Positions 40,312 to 50,273 are shown, counted from the stretch's first letter. The stretch is DNA of 64,000 nucleotides from an uncultured Nitrososphaerota archaeon (GCA_963838925.1 CAWISW010000003.1:320001-384000); one strand, 5' to 3'. Notes: generated by a model from the letters alone, not told the origin. Numbers and translations: made by a program.

Positions 40312-40329
40312 TTCGGACAAAACTATTTA
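40312..40329 (+). promoter_or_regulatory. TTCGGACAAAA-CTATTTA element
   Basis: Shared upstream motif of accessory genes; TATA 35 nt before ATG 40364. Confidence 0.7.
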
Positions 40330-40363
40330 CTTCGCCGAGGGCTTCCGTTTTCGTGCTTCGCAG

Positions 40364-41659
40364 ATGCCCCGCCGAAGTGTAATCGTGTTTGTGATTACTG
40401 CGTTGGTCGCCACCGGAGCATACCTATCGGTTTCAGAACTTGCGGGTCAGCCCCCCGTCACTTCCAATCAAGTGACTTCGACCGGCAACTCGGTTTCTGT
40501 GGGCAGCTCCGGCAGTTACCAGGTCCTTAAGACGAACCTGACGATATATTATGGTCCGGCCTGCATTCCACCTAACCTTGAGGGCTTCGGCTGCGAGACG
40601 ATAGACACGGCGCTCCATTCCCCTTCCCTCAGCGGGGTGGACCTCATCCAGTACCAGGGCAGCAAGTATTATGGCCTGAACTTCACGGGTTACGAGAACG
40701 GGCAGCCTGACACCCGCGACATCTGGTTCACCAATTCAACGATCCTCTGCGTCAGCCCTCCGACCAGTGAATATCCCCCATGTCCGACGAGCTCTGCACG
40801 GCCGCGCGCCATCGTAATCTTCAACTCATCGGCTTCTGCATTGAACTCCTCAAGCGGTCTTACGCTGAGCCTCCAACTCTCACTCGCCCCCGGGAATTCC
40901 TCCAAGCTGCAAGTTAGGGTGGATCTCTTCAACACGCAACAAGCGGAGAATACAGTAGGCGCCGCAAACAGCTGGCCTGTCTCCAACGACTCTGTGAGGG
41001 ACATTTGCGTAAATCACATCGTCGGATACGTCTTGTATCAGGGACACTATGACTTCGGCAACTTCACTGCGGGCTCGCCTCTGGCCCTTGACCCTACTAA
41101 CACCCAGACGCTGTGTCCCGCGCCCTCATCGTCGGTATATTACTCATTCCAAGCCAACAGCGACAACGCAACGATTCAGGGGGCTAGCGCCTTCCCCTCG
41201 GGCGGTGCAACCCGGACAATCTCAGTCTCAGACAGTCTCTCGGGTTATTGGACCGGGAACCGGACATCATCTTCATTCGACTCGTTCCTCCCTGGAATCT
41301 ACTCTGTGGCTGCAATGGACCAATGGGGGCAGGTCGTCGTGCTCCAGTTCGAGGTCAGCGGAATCAGCCTACAGAACTTCTCGCTCTGCCCCTCTAACTG
41401 CCTCTATCCCAGCCCGTCTCTGACCGGAGAGATCTATTTCGGAGGCCCTTCTCTTGCGAAGAGCATGGAACTCTTCGTCAACGGGACCGACGAAGGGTCT
41501 CTGGGACACGGCATCGGTAGCACCAACGTCATCTACTTGTACAAGGGGAGTTTCCAGTCTCCGCAAGTAATAGCAGGCGATGCGTACGTGATCAAGTTCG
41601 TGGCCACTCTCGCGGACAACTCGACCGCCACCGCCTCGACCACAGTGGTAGCGAAATGA
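40364..41659 (+). CDS. Secreted multidomain protein (accessory family B)
   Basis: Signal anchor; GL.L.L...SDNA...GYW...PG.Y...D.WG module. Confidence 0.8.
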   Translation: MPRRSVIVFVITALVATGAYLSVSELAGQPPVTSNQVTSTGNSVSVGSSGSYQVLKTNLTIYYGPACIPPNLEGFGCETIDTALHSPSLSGVDLIQYQGSKYYGLNFTGYENGQPDTRDIWFTNSTILCVSPPTSEYPPCPTSSARPRAIVIFNSSASALNSSSGLTLSLQLSLAPGNSSKLQVRVDLFNTQQAENTVGAANSWPVSNDSVRDICVNHIVGYVLYQGHYDFGNFTAGSPLALDPTNTQTLCPAPSSSVYYSFQANSDNATIQGASAFPSGGATRTISVSDSLSGYWTGNRTSSSFDSFLPGIYSVAAMDQWGQVVVLQFEVSGISLQNFSLCPSNCLYPSPSLTGEIYFGGPSLAKSMELFVNGTDEGSLGHGIGSTNVIYLYKGSFQSPQVIAGDAYVIKFVATLADNSTATASTTVVAK

Positions 41660-41735
41660 CCCGCAACGATAACCTTCGCTCACCTGGGCAGAGTCGAGAC
41701 GAAACTGTTTTTCTGCTGCCGTACCAGCGTCTGGA

Positions 41736-42200
41736 GTGACCTTGCGCCGAATCGAAGTCGCCGCGGTGATTGTCGTCCTGGCGTCGGCCTGGATAGCGGG
41801 CTACCTCGTCGCCCCATCCTCTTCCCCCGCGACGTCTGTCTCCTATCAGACGGTCACCGGGCTCTACACGTCGTCGGCACTTCAGGTCTTCACTTCGACC
41901 TTCCTCGCGCAGAGCAGCACTCAGAGCGGGGTGAAGACGGCGACCGTCTACAACACGATAACCTACACGACGTCCGCAACCGGACTCACCTCCACGATAA
42001 CTCTCTGCTCATCGGTCGAGTACGCCACCGTCACGACTACGGGGACGGTGACCTCCTATCTCTCAAATGAGACGGTCGTCACCAAGACGACCACGACTGG
42101 CGTGACGACCATACGCGCCGGCTCCACGGTCACCACGACGGGGTGCGATGTTGCCACGGTCACCAGAACTACCACCACTTACGTGACGACGACTCAGTGA
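41736..42200 (+). CDS. Secreted Thr-rich protein
   Basis: N-terminal TM, Thr/Val repeats, two Cys. Confidence 0.75.
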   Translation: MTLRRIEVAAVIVVLASAWIAGYLVAPSSSPATSVSYQTVTGLYTSSALQVFTSTFLAQSSTQSGVKTATVYNTITYTTSATGLTSTITLCSSVEYATVTTTGTVTSYLSNETVVTKTTTTGVTTIRAGSTVTTTGCDVATVTRTTTTYVTTTQ

Positions 42201-42226
42201 TCCGACGCCTTCCAAAGCAGTCAGTA

Positions 42227-42826
42227 TCAACCTTCCTGGGCGTACTGGACGATGAAGGCCAGGTAGTCGGAGCTCTCTCTCAAGATGAGCCAGTCCCCAG
42301 CCCTATAGACATAGGAGTAGCTTGCCGAAAGATTCCCCTCAAAATCCCCCATCATGTTGGAGTGTCCTGAGAAGGACAAGGAAGCACCGAGACTTGCGGT
42401 TCCGTTTGGGAGGAGGCTCGCGTTCTCAGAGCGGATGGTGTAGTTGATCTCCGTCGCGGCGCCCGGGAACGTCCGCAGCGTTGTGCTGATGGCGCTGGTC
42501 CCCCTGTAAGTGCCTCCGAAACCCTGCGTGACCCCATACCAGTACATTATCCCGTTGGACGCGTAGTCCTCCGTTGCCGCGGTATAGTTTCTCTCGTCGA
42601 GGTGCGATAGGTGCATGTTGAATGCTTGGACGACCGCGCTCAGGTTCTTGAGGGACTGCGACTGGGCCGCGGTGTAGCTCCCTACCTCGGAGCTAAGGCC
42701 CGAATTCTCCTTCTGGAGCGATGCGACCAATCCGTATTCGTAGCCGCTGATGAACAGGACGACCACCAGCGCGACAATGAGGCAGATGGCGAGTTCGCTG
42801 CGGACCGTCTTCGGGGTCGGCTCCAA
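42227..42826 (-). CDS. Membrane-anchored NTF2/SnoaL-like protein (family A)
   Basis: HLSHLDERN, W.G.TQG.GG.Y, FSGHSN..G.F.G, WLI..E..D. Confidence 0.8.
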   Translation of the reverse strand: MEPTPKTVRSELAICLIVALVVVLFISGYEYGLVASLQKENSGLSSEVGSYTAAQSQSLKNLSAVVQAFNMHLSHLDERNYTAATEDYASNGIMYWYGVTQGFGGTYRGTSAISTTLRTFPGAATEINYTIRSENASLLPNGTASLGASLSFSGHSNMMGDFEGNLSASYSYVYRAGDWLILRESSDYLAFIVQYAQEG

Positions 42827-42898
42827 GCCACTCGAAAGAGGGTCAGGTCACGGATAAAGGATTCTCGGTTCGGTAAATCGCCTTGCTAGTCGCATCAA

Positions 42899-43106
42899 GA
42901 AGAGATTTCCATCAGCACATCCTTTCTCCGCAAGGGGAGGGGAGAGCTGAGGAGAGCGGCGATAGAAGATCGCGTTGAAGGGGTGGGGGTGTACGCTAGA
43001 AGCCTTCGGGCGACCAGTTCAGCCCGTCCACTACCTATAGCTCAACGTGCGAGTGAAATGCCCCGGCGGAGGGGCAATGAACCCCTGTGCACGGCGAAAT
43101 CACTTT
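42899..43106 (+). ncRNA. Putative structured ncRNA of unknown class
   Basis: No credible ORF; closing stem GAAG.GATTTC/GAAATC.CTTT, G-U-rich GCAA-tetraloop hairpin 42920-42943, GCC-TTCG-GGC, CGTTGA/TCAACG, TGCCCC-GGCGGA-GGGGCA. Confidence 0.6.
43031..43097 (+). repeat. Repeat A copy 1 (3' part of putative ncRNA)
   Basis: CTACCTATAGCTCAACGTGCGAGTGAAATGCCCCGGCGGAGGGGCAATGAACCCCTGTGCACGGCGA. Confidence 0.9.
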
Positions 43107-43151
43107 CATTCGGATAAATCCCGTCCTAGAACAAAGCGGCATACCGGCTGA

Positions 43152-43736
43152 CTATTGGGCGGTCACTGTCACAGTTTCTAGGTCAGCTGGCCTGGAATGG
43201 CTCAGGGGACCTGAGTTCCAGTTTGCGACTGCCTGAACTGTGTAGTTCATCCCTCGAACTATATCGAGCTCTGCATTCGATATCATGAAGGAGTAGTTGG
43301 TCTCCTGCTCGCCACGAGAGTTGGGTGTCCACGTGGGGTCCCAATTGATGCCAGTGGTGTCGATGTGGATTGTGGTGACATTGGTGCCCACTGGCCATCC
43401 ACCATTCACCGGGTTGGGCAGAGCCCACTGCAGTTCGATGGTCGAGGGCGGTGAGAGATCGCTGTGGGTGCACTCTATCGTGCCGGCAAGCAAGCTCTCA
43501 TTCGTTCCAAGCGTGGATGAGGACGTGAGATTGGTGTCGATCAGCAAGATGTATGGGCCGCAATAGGTGTCCGGACCCTCGCAGTTCGTCGATGTCGTGA
43601 CCCCGAACTCGCTCGTTACGCTCGTGGTCTGCCCGCTGCGAGTCGTTGCAAGGTAGCCGACGGCAACCGACCCCAGCACCACGGCGAGCGCCAAGATGAG
43701 CGCGGCAACAGATCTTCCGATTGCGGCTCGAGGCAT
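43152..43736 (-). CDS. Secreted protein with class III-like signal peptide
   Basis: MPRAAIG plus hydrophobic stretch; motif promoter at 43768-43786. Confidence 0.75.
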   Translation of the reverse strand: MPRAAIGRSVAALILALAVVLGSVAVGYLATTRSGQTTSVTSEFGVTTSTNCEGPDTYCGPYILLIDTNLTSSSTLGTNESLLAGTIECTHSDLSPPSTIELQWALPNPVNGGWPVGTNVTTIHIDTTGINWDPTWTPNSRGEQETNYSFMISNAELDIVRGMNYTVQAVANWNSGPLSHSRPADLETVTVTAQ

Positions 43737-43767
43737 TGCAGGCTGGGTTCTGTCGTATCGCGTTCGG

Positions 43768-43786
43768 GATATAGTTTTGTCCGAAC
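43768..43786 (-). promoter_or_regulatory. GTTCGGACAAAA-CTATAT element
   Basis: Match to shared motif upstream of ATG 43736. Confidence 0.7.
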
Positions 43787-43791
43787 CAAGC

Positions 43792-43829
43792 GCCCCGGCG
43801 GAGGCACAATGAACCCTCATGCATTGCGA
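43792..43829 (+). repeat. Repeat A copy 2
   Basis: GCCCCGGCGGAGGCACAATGAACCCTCATGCATTGCGA. Confidence 0.88.
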
Positions 43830-43950
43830 GAATTGCCATTCAGCTCCTGCAATTACGGTTCGACTTTCGGAAACGTACCTTGTAGCCCGTCTAGGACTCA
43901 GATCAAGAGGCTCGTAGCAGACCCTCTCTTCTCGACCCAACTCCCTCTCT

Positions 43951-45507
43951 TCAACCACCGTTCTTGATGGACGTTGCGGAAGTCGTCGTCGTGGTGACGG
44001 TGCTGCTCCCCTCGTTCGACGTGACAACGGTCACCACACCGGACGGGACTGACACCGTGACGTAGATGGTCGAATTGGGATGAACCTGAATCGAAGGGAT
44101 CGTCGCACTATACCCCGGCCCCTGGTTGTAACCGGCCATGAAGGTCACGTTGTAGTAGCCACTCGCGATGAAGGTCATGTTCCCCGCGAGCTGCAGGTAG
44201 CCGGTTCCGTTGACGTCCCCCAGCCTGATGCAGTAGTGGTTTGTCAGGCCCCATTCGCCGTTTGTCGCGTTTCCGAACTGGGTCACGAAGAGTGTCCCAT
44301 TCGTTATGACAGTGCCCTGGTCCGTGGCCACCTTCATGTATACGGTCCCTTTCGGAGCCGGATTCAGCACCGTGTTGAGCGGTGCACCGCAGGCAGGGAA
44401 GTTCACTGTCGTAGATGTGCTCGTTGTTGATGACTGCAGAGTTGTGGAGGCGGAGGACCCGGCCGTGGTGCAACTTGTCCCATAAGTGGTATCAACCGCT
44501 CCAGAAGGAACCTGCAGCGTCACACAGGTGGATCCCGCCCTTTGGCTCGCCGTCACGTTGTAGGTTTGACCACCGTATTCGACGGAGAAAGAATTGGTGG
44601 CGTCCCCGAAGGCATACCATTCTGTGCTCGTGGTCGTGAAGCTCACGAATGCCTCGCCGCTGAAACACGACGGATACACGGAACACGGAACGCACGTGTA
44701 CGGGAAGTCGTAGGATGTCGTCGCGACCGCTCCCGCGACGGGGGCCGAATCGGAGTCCGAAAGCACGCGCAAGTAGACCTCCCCAAAGCACGCGTAAGTG
44801 GACTTCCCCGCCCACGCTACGAGGTTCCCCGCGCAGTCATAGTTCGAGAATTGATAGCTGGCCAGGGTGACCACGCCGGACGGCACGGCGAGCGTAACAC
44901 ACGTCGTCGAATCAGGGTAAGTGCCCCCTGAGAACAAGTATGTGTTGCCGGCATAGCCTACCGTAAAATTGTAGCCCCCGGCGATGTTGTCTGTTGAATT
45001 ATTGGGAATGTCGAACCATCCCGACGACCCTTCGCTGACTCTGTCAAAGTAAAGCGTCTCTGTCGTATGGAACTCTGCGGCGTTGCAGCCCGTCTCAAAG
45101 GCGGCGCTGACGGCAGGCGCGCCTTGCTGAACCGGCATCCCAGTGGTGTCTGACACGACCTGCAACTCCATCGTGGCACCGCCCGGGGGAGTGCAGTTGG
45201 TCATGGTGGCGTTCATCTCGGTGGACGTCGTCAGAGAGCTAGAGAGACTCACGTTTGCCGAGTAGGTGCTTTGAGTGTCGGCAATCCTCGAAACCGTGGA
45301 AGAGGTTGAGGTCTGTGAGGTCGCCACGGTTTCGGTCCCTTGGGACGTCGAAGCTGTCGTGCTCGTCGTGCTGTTAGGTAACGAGCTGGTCCCCTGTGAA
45401 AAGAAAGCCGCGGTTATTGCAACTAGCCCAACTGTAATGGTAACAAGAGCAATCGAGAGGTATCGTGCCGCAAGGGCGGTCCTCTTTTGACCGACTTCAA
45501 ACCTCAT
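43951..45507 (-). CDS. Secreted protein with three internal Cys-containing beta-sandwich-like repeats
   Basis: TM plus Thr stalk; V.SD...P...Y..T......VT..VPSG.V three times. Confidence 0.8.
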   Translation of the reverse strand: MRFEVGQKRTALAARYLSIALVTITVGLVAITAAFFSQGTSSLPNSTTSTTASTSQGTETVATSQTSTSSTVSRIADTQSTYSANVSLSSSLTTSTEMNATMTNCTPPGGATMELQVVSDTTGMPVQQGAPAVSAAFETGCNAAEFHTTETLYFDRVSEGSSGWFDIPNNSTDNIAGGYNFTVGYAGNTYLFSGGTYPDSTTCVTLAVPSGVVTLASYQFSNYDCAGNLVAWAGKSTYACFGEVYLRVLSDSDSAPVAGAVATTSYDFPYTCVPCSVYPSCFSGEAFVSFTTTSTEWYAFGDATNSFSVEYGGQTYNVTASQRAGSTCVTLQVPSGAVDTTYGTSCTTAGSSASTTLQSSTTSTSTTVNFPACGAPLNTVLNPAPKGTVYMKVATDQGTVITNGTLFVTQFGNATNGEWGLTNHYCIRLGDVNGTGYLQLAGNMTFIASGYYNVTFMAGYNQGPGYSATIPSIQVHPNSTIYVTVSVPSGVVTVVTSNEGSSTVTTTTTSATSIKNGG

Positions 45508-45598
45508 TACTACTCGTTGCGAAAGAGCGGTTGGAGATACTTACAGGTTGCGCACTAATGTTCTAGGCCTATCCAAGCCGGAGTCGAGGTCCCACACC

Positions 45599-45632
45599 CG
45601 GCGGAGGCGCAATGAACCCTTATGCACGGCGA
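45599..45632 (+). repeat. Repeat A copy 3
   Basis: CGGCGGAGGCGCAATGAACCCTTATGCACGGCGA. Confidence 0.9.
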
Positions 45633-45721
45633 TTGCCCGCATTTTCTCAAAGCTACCGGGAGCTGGAACGTTCGGAGACAAAGGTATTAGTGAGCAGGAG
45701 GGCCTTCACGCTCCGATCTCC

Positions 45722-47005
45722 ATGACACTGCCGACGAACAGCGACAGGAGACTGGTCTACGTAGCCGCGGCGATAATAGTCGGCGTAGTGCTCGTATCGG
45801 CAGCAATCATACTCCCTCCAGCCATCCATCAGACGAAGACAGCGCCACCATCGACCTCGACCACGGTATCTCAACCATCGGTCTCGACTAACGCCTCAAG
45901 CACGACAGCAGACGCGACCGGGCTCCGACTTTCGCTGGCCATAAACAATGACGTGATAGCTGAAGGGGGCAGCATCTCAATCAACATCACAGATTTCAAC
46001 ATACTGCCGGTCAGTAACTCACCCCAGCCTATCAGCATCTTGAGGCTCGGCACGAGCGCGTGCCCTACATCGTTGCCCCTTGGTGTTGGGATATTCCAGG
46101 GCGACTTCGACGCCGGAAACGTCTCCAGCGCCCAGCCGATGGATCTCTACCAACCAGGAGTCTACAGCTGTCCCGGCATTCCATCGGGCGGCTACTCCTA
46201 CACCTTTGAGCCGGAGAGCGACAACGTGAACCTCTCCGTCGGGACGAGCACTGCGACGCACACCGTTACAGACAACGGCACGACTAGCGTGCAGTACATC
46301 GTCACGAATCCCACATACGTCAAGGACGCGTCCGCAACTCTGCAGTATTCGGGCTATTGGACGGGGGAAGCGACCTTCACCTTCTCGAACGCCACCTTTC
46401 ATTCCTTTGGTGCGGGGGAGTACACCATCGAAGCGGTCGACTTGTGGGGCCACGAGGTGTTCGCCCACTTCCAAGTAGTCCCGAACCCTGCATCGTCGGC
46501 CACAACCACGACGATAACGGTTGCTGCACCCGGCCAGTGTCCTGCAGGGAACACTTGCGCTTCTTTCAGCTACAACTCTGACGGCCAGGTCAAGGTGGAT
46601 TCCGTCAACGCGACCCAGCAGGCGTGCTTCAACTGCGGAGTCGTGAATGGGAACGGTCACTCGTACGTGTACATTCAGGTGACGTTCGAGAACACAGGCA
46701 GCTTGCCTATCTACATCCCAGACGGCTCGGCAGTGATTTCAACGTCGCCCTCGTCGAACTCCTCTGTGCTCCAGCAGGTGGTCTCGGCCCAGTGCGCAGG
46801 AACATATTCGATCCTGGAGCTCGACCCCGGGAAGAGCGCCACATTCTCAGGTCCTTCCTGCGAGGACGGATTTGCATACCAGATGGTCAATCCTGGGACC
46901 GTGACCCTCACTCTCAGTTTCAATTGGACGACCAACTCGCAAGCTTCGACAAATCCGACCGACTTCCAAGAGAAAACCACAATCTTGGCGCAGCTCACTT
47001 TCTAG
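45722..47005 (+). CDS. Secreted multidomain protein (family B)
   Basis: TM; GLRLSL...ESDNV...SGYW...GEY...DLWG; GTTCGGAGACAAAGGTATTA at 45670. Confidence 0.8.
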   Translation: MTLPTNSDRRLVYVAAAIIVGVVLVSAAIILPPAIHQTKTAPPSTSTTVSQPSVSTNASSTTADATGLRLSLAINNDVIAEGGSISINITDFNILPVSNSPQPISILRLGTSACPTSLPLGVGIFQGDFDAGNVSSAQPMDLYQPGVYSCPGIPSGGYSYTFEPESDNVNLSVGTSTATHTVTDNGTTSVQYIVTNPTYVKDASATLQYSGYWTGEATFTFSNATFHSFGAGEYTIEAVDLWGHEVFAHFQVVPNPASSATTTTITVAAPGQCPAGNTCASFSYNSDGQVKVDSVNATQQACFNCGVVNGNGHSYVYIQVTFENTGSLPIYIPDGSAVISTSPSSNSSVLQQVVSAQCAGTYSILELDPGKSATFSGPSCEDGFAYQMVNPGTVTLTLSFNWTTNSQASTNPTDFQEKTTILAQLTF

Positions 47006-47043
47006 TTAGGCCGTGGCATTAGTGTCGGGCGAGATTGAACTCT

Positions 47044-47072
47044 CGGCGCAGGTGCAATGAACCCTTATGCAC
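47044..47072 (+). repeat. Repeat A copy 4 (3'-truncated)
   Basis: CGGCGCAGGTGCAATGAACCCTTATGCAC. Confidence 0.85.
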
Positions 47073-47079
47073 AGTTATG

Positions 47080-48792
47080 CTAGCAGAGCGTCAGGTTTGA
47101 TACCAGCGACACCCCGTCGTAGATGCTTAGCGCCCCGCAAGCGCCTGGGCCGACCATGCCCTCCGCGTCGACCCACTCGGGGCTGGTCGAGGAGCTCACT
47201 ATGTTGAGGAATGAACCGGGCGAATCAAAAGTGGCCGCGATGGTCCCGTTGTACCCTATCAGTCGGACGGTCGTCCCGTCTCCCACGATCACCAACGAAG
47301 CACCGTTGACGAATGCCAGCGGGTTCCCGTAGCCGGTGTCGTTCCAGAGGATGTTACCACTTGAGTCGAAGAGGAGCTTACCGACGTTGCCGCCCGAAGC
47401 TATGTATCCGCCATCGGAAGACATGAAGAGCGGCTGGACAGCGGTGTATGCCTGCCTCTTCCAGAGGACGTCGCCATCTTTGCCGCTGAAGTAGTAGACG
47501 CTCCCGTTCTCGCCGTTCACGAACGTCCCCACCGCCACCCTGGAGCCGTCGCTCGACATCTGCACGAAGTTCACGCCTTCGCCTTGATTGCCAATATGAC
47601 TCCACAGAAGGCGACCTTGCGAGTCGAGGTAGACCACTCCCCAGCTGAAATCGGTCCGGTTGGGGAGCAGCATGTACTGCACCGCGCTCACGACGTAGTC
47701 TCCTTGGCCCGACGTAGCGATGTGCATGCCCGAGCCTCCGTAGGGGAAAGTGTAGTTCCAAAGTACTGAACCAGCGTCATTCAAGCAGAGTATGCCCCAG
47801 TAGTAGTCCGCGAATATCCTTGAACCGTCTGGCGACATCCCCAGCGAAATCACCGAACCCTTCGCGGTGACGTTCCAGAGCTGTGCGCCCTCCCCGTCGA
47901 AGAGAAAGAGGACACCGGTATCGCTGACATGCCCGAGCCGCTCCAAACCGTATCCGCCCGCTGCGACATAGGACGCATTCTGAGAGACAGCCACCGACTC
48001 TATGTTGCTATTGTTGGTGACACGCCTCCAGAACACCCCTTGGGATTGGCTCCGCAACGAGACCAGGTACACGGAGCCGTTGCCGCCGCCTCCTATGCTG
48101 ATTGTCCCCACTGCGGCGTAGCCTCCGTCCGGACTTATGCTCTCAGCATCAGGCCTCTGGGTAGCCGCTTGTCCTGGAGGCGGAGGCCCTCCACCCTGCT
48201 GGGAATACTGAATGTTGAAGTTTGTGAAGTCCCAGTGCTCGGCGGAGATCAGCCAGACGCCTTCCGCAGGGAAGTAGGCATAGGAATCGTTCGCCAAGAC
48301 AGCACCAGCGAAGTTCCCCCAGATGTTGCTGTGGCCGGAGAACGAGAAGTTCCAGTCCACCAACACCGCGCTTGTCGAGGGCAGGATTGTCTGCGTCACG
48401 TTCGTGATCTGGAACGACGACATTCCACCTATCGCGGTCTCAAGTGTGAGTTTGATGTCGGTCCGAGACTCGTAAGAGCCGCCAAGGCCTTGAGTAGTTC
48501 CTACCCACGTCATCGTCCCATTGGGTGCGAAGAGATCGGCGACTGCCGAGGCGTTCCTCGACTCGAGCAGTGAGACATGCATCGCGTGCGTTGCGTTGAC
48601 CATCTCGACGGCCTGTGAGGGAGGGGACGGGTAACTCGAGGACGCGTTGGTTGTGGTCGATACGCTCGATGCCGAGGAGGTCGCCGTCTCAGTACTGCTC
48701 TGCAGACTCACCAGAGGCAACGACACCAGGGTGAGAACGGCGATCATCACAAGCGCCTGCGCCGCGACGAACAGACCTTCTTTTCTTCTCAT
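47080..48792 (-). CDS. Secreted protein: family A domain fused to PQQ/WD40-like beta-propeller
   Basis: WLISAEHWDF domain then repeated S.DG..V/A...G.V..F...G..LW blades. Confidence 0.82.
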   Translation of the reverse strand: MRRKEGLFVAAQALVMIAVLTLVSLPLVSLQSSTETATSSASSVSTTTNASSSYPSPPSQAVEMVNATHAMHVSLLESRNASAVADLFAPNGTMTWVGTTQGLGGSYESRTDIKLTLETAIGGMSSFQITNVTQTILPSTSAVLVDWNFSFSGHSNIWGNFAGAVLANDSYAYFPAEGVWLISAEHWDFTNFNIQYSQQGGGPPPPGQAATQRPDAESISPDGGYAAVGTISIGGGGNGSVYLVSLRSQSQGVFWRRVTNNSNIESVAVSQNASYVAAGGYGLERLGHVSDTGVLFLFDGEGAQLWNVTAKGSVISLGMSPDGSRIFADYYWGILCLNDAGSVLWNYTFPYGGSGMHIATSGQGDYVVSAVQYMLLPNRTDFSWGVVYLDSQGRLLWSHIGNQGEGVNFVQMSSDGSRVAVGTFVNGENGSVYYFSGKDGDVLWKRQAYTAVQPLFMSSDGGYIASGGNVGKLLFDSSGNILWNDTGYGNPLAFVNGASLVIVGDGTTVRLIGYNGTIAATFDSPGSFLNIVSSSTSPEWVDAEGMVGPGACGALSIYDGVSLVSNLTLC

Positions 48793-48859
48793 GCTTGGTC
48801 ACCGTGTGGAACAATCGGTAGCAGCCGAGGGCTGCTTCGAGAAGAAGGGCCCGCCTCAG

Positions 48860-48877
48860 TAAATAGTTTTGTCCGAG
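48860..48877 (-). promoter_or_regulatory. CTCGGACAAAA-CTATTTA element
   Basis: Shared motif upstream of 48792. Confidence 0.65.
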
Positions 48878-48923
48878 CTGGGCGCGAGGCCGTAAATAGG
48901 TCCGATGGCCATTCCGGCACGAC

Positions 48924-49163
48924 ATGAATAAAGGAACGATTCTGCTTCTTGCTGCCGGAGCTTGCGCGATAGGCTGCGCCTTCGTCTGTTTCTTCTTTTT
49001 CGTTCCAATAATAAGGATGGACATAACGCCTTGCGAACCTAATGGTGCTGGGGTTGGATATGCTTCTTTGTCATATCACTTGTTCTACATGGGAATGAAC
49101 TATCTTGGAAACCAATTAGTCTGGATGACGGGAAGTAATGCCAGTTGCATGGGGCTTCCCTAA
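48924..49163 (+). CDS. Small membrane protein
   Basis: 79 aa, N-terminal TM, AT-rich. Confidence 0.55.
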   Translation: MNKGTILLLAAGACAIGCAFVCFFFFVPIIRMDITPCEPNGAGVGYASLSYHLFYMGMNYLGNQLVWMTGSNASCMGLP

Positions 49164-49225
49164 GATTATCATCACCCGCGACTGGACACCCGAGGCGAAT
49201 CACCCGACCATTGGACAGAACCGCT

Positions 49226-49258
49226 GGGCGGAGGCCCGATGAACCCTGTGTATGGCGA
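49226..49258 (+). repeat. Repeat A copy 5
   Basis: GGGCGGAGGCCCGATGAACCCTGTGTATGGCGA (1-nt deletion). Confidence 0.82.
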
Positions 49259-49394
49259 AGCCCTTCTACTTCATTTTAGACAAACGCAGCGGAGCCCGCG
49301 CCCCTCGGAACGAGACTTCGAAGCCCAACCCTCCGCTAATCACGTTCGGACAATCCCTTAACTGGGACCTCGCTCTGTCGTTAGAACGTTCGAA

Positions 49395-50273
49395 ATGCGT
49401 CCGATTGCTGGCGCTGCCGTTGCCGCAGTCATTGTGGTCGCGGGGCTTGGAGGATACCTCATAGCTACAGGAGCGATGTCGCCCGGCTCTTCGCAGACCA
49501 GGTCACAGACGACAGTCACCGTTACTGCTTCGAGCACGGAAACCGCAACCGCGGCCTTCAACGGATCATCGTACTACAGCGACAATGTAACAGGCATCAT
49601 GATAACGGAGAACCCGGGGGCATTCCACTTCGACAACGGGTCGGTGACGTTCATGGGAGTGGAGTTCCAGACGATCTGCACGGATTACGGCGCTGGATGT
49701 CCGGTCCCGGCTCCCCCTCCAGGAACAACGTTCGTGGTGCCCTCCGGCGCAAGCATCACCCTGAACGTCACCTTCCCAGACCACAGCAGCGAGATTGTCG
49801 AGGGGGGACCTTTATTTGCAGGGCCTGTTCGCTCGGATACATTCTCTCATCACATCGATCCTCAGGCGGGGATTATGATAGTGTACAACGATTCGGACCC
49901 CATCTACAAGTCCTACCTGCTCGTCTCCATTCCGGAGCCGACACCGAGCCAAGCGACGAACTCCAGCACATCGGGCGACGCAGGGACTTCCTCGAATACC
50001 TCCGTCGCGACCTCCACGGCGACCGAGACCCTCACCACGCAGGCCTCCCAGGCTACGACGAGTTACGCTGCTCCGACTTCTGACTGCACCTTACTGGGCG
50101 GTACCGTCACGGTGACGACCACTGTCACTGCCTTCGCGCCGCCCGCGACGTCTACCGTCACGGTGACGACAACGACAGTCTCGACCAGCTACACCCAAAC
50201 CGTCACCGTGACCAGTTGCACATACACCGAGCCGACGGTCACTTCTACCGTCACGACCACAGCGAGCCCGTAG
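49395..50273 (+). CDS. Secreted protein with Thr-rich C-terminal module
   Basis: TM; GTTCGGACAATCCCTTAA at 49344; TVTVT repeats with Cys pair. Confidence 0.8.
   Translation: MRPIAGAAVAAVIVVAGLGGYLIATGAMSPGSSQTRSQTTVTVTASSTETATAAFNGSSYYSDNVTGIMITENPGAFHFDNGSVTFMGVEFQTICTDYGAGCPVPAPPPGTTFVVPSGASITLNVTFPDHSSEIVEGGPLFAGPVRSDTFSHHIDPQAGIMIVYNDSDPIYKSYLLVSIPEPTPSQATNSSTSGDAGTSSNTSVATSTATETLTTQASQATTSYAAPTSDCTLLGGTVTVTTTVTAFAPPATSTVTVTTTTVSTSYTQTVTVTSCTYTEPTVTSTVTTTASP

Noticed and set aside
42916-43060. Hammerhead ribozyme reading (ATC, CTGAGGA, GAAA), group II intron start GTGCG, or glycine/SAM/ydaO riboswitch resemblance
   Set aside because: Hammerhead stem II and III pairing is poor, there is no domain V, and riboswitch cores are only partly matched.
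43059-43086. Repeat A as a tRNA 3'-half att site (minus strand AGGGG-TTCATTG-CCCCT...CCGGGGCA)
   Set aside because: The loop is not TTCRAAT, spacing has 3 extra nt, the stem is not kept in other copies, and no matching tRNA is adjacent.
43117-43134. AATCCCGTCCTAGAACAA resembling the rnpB 3' region
   Set aside because: Short gapped match that can arise by chance; no P4 complementarity with the upstream element.
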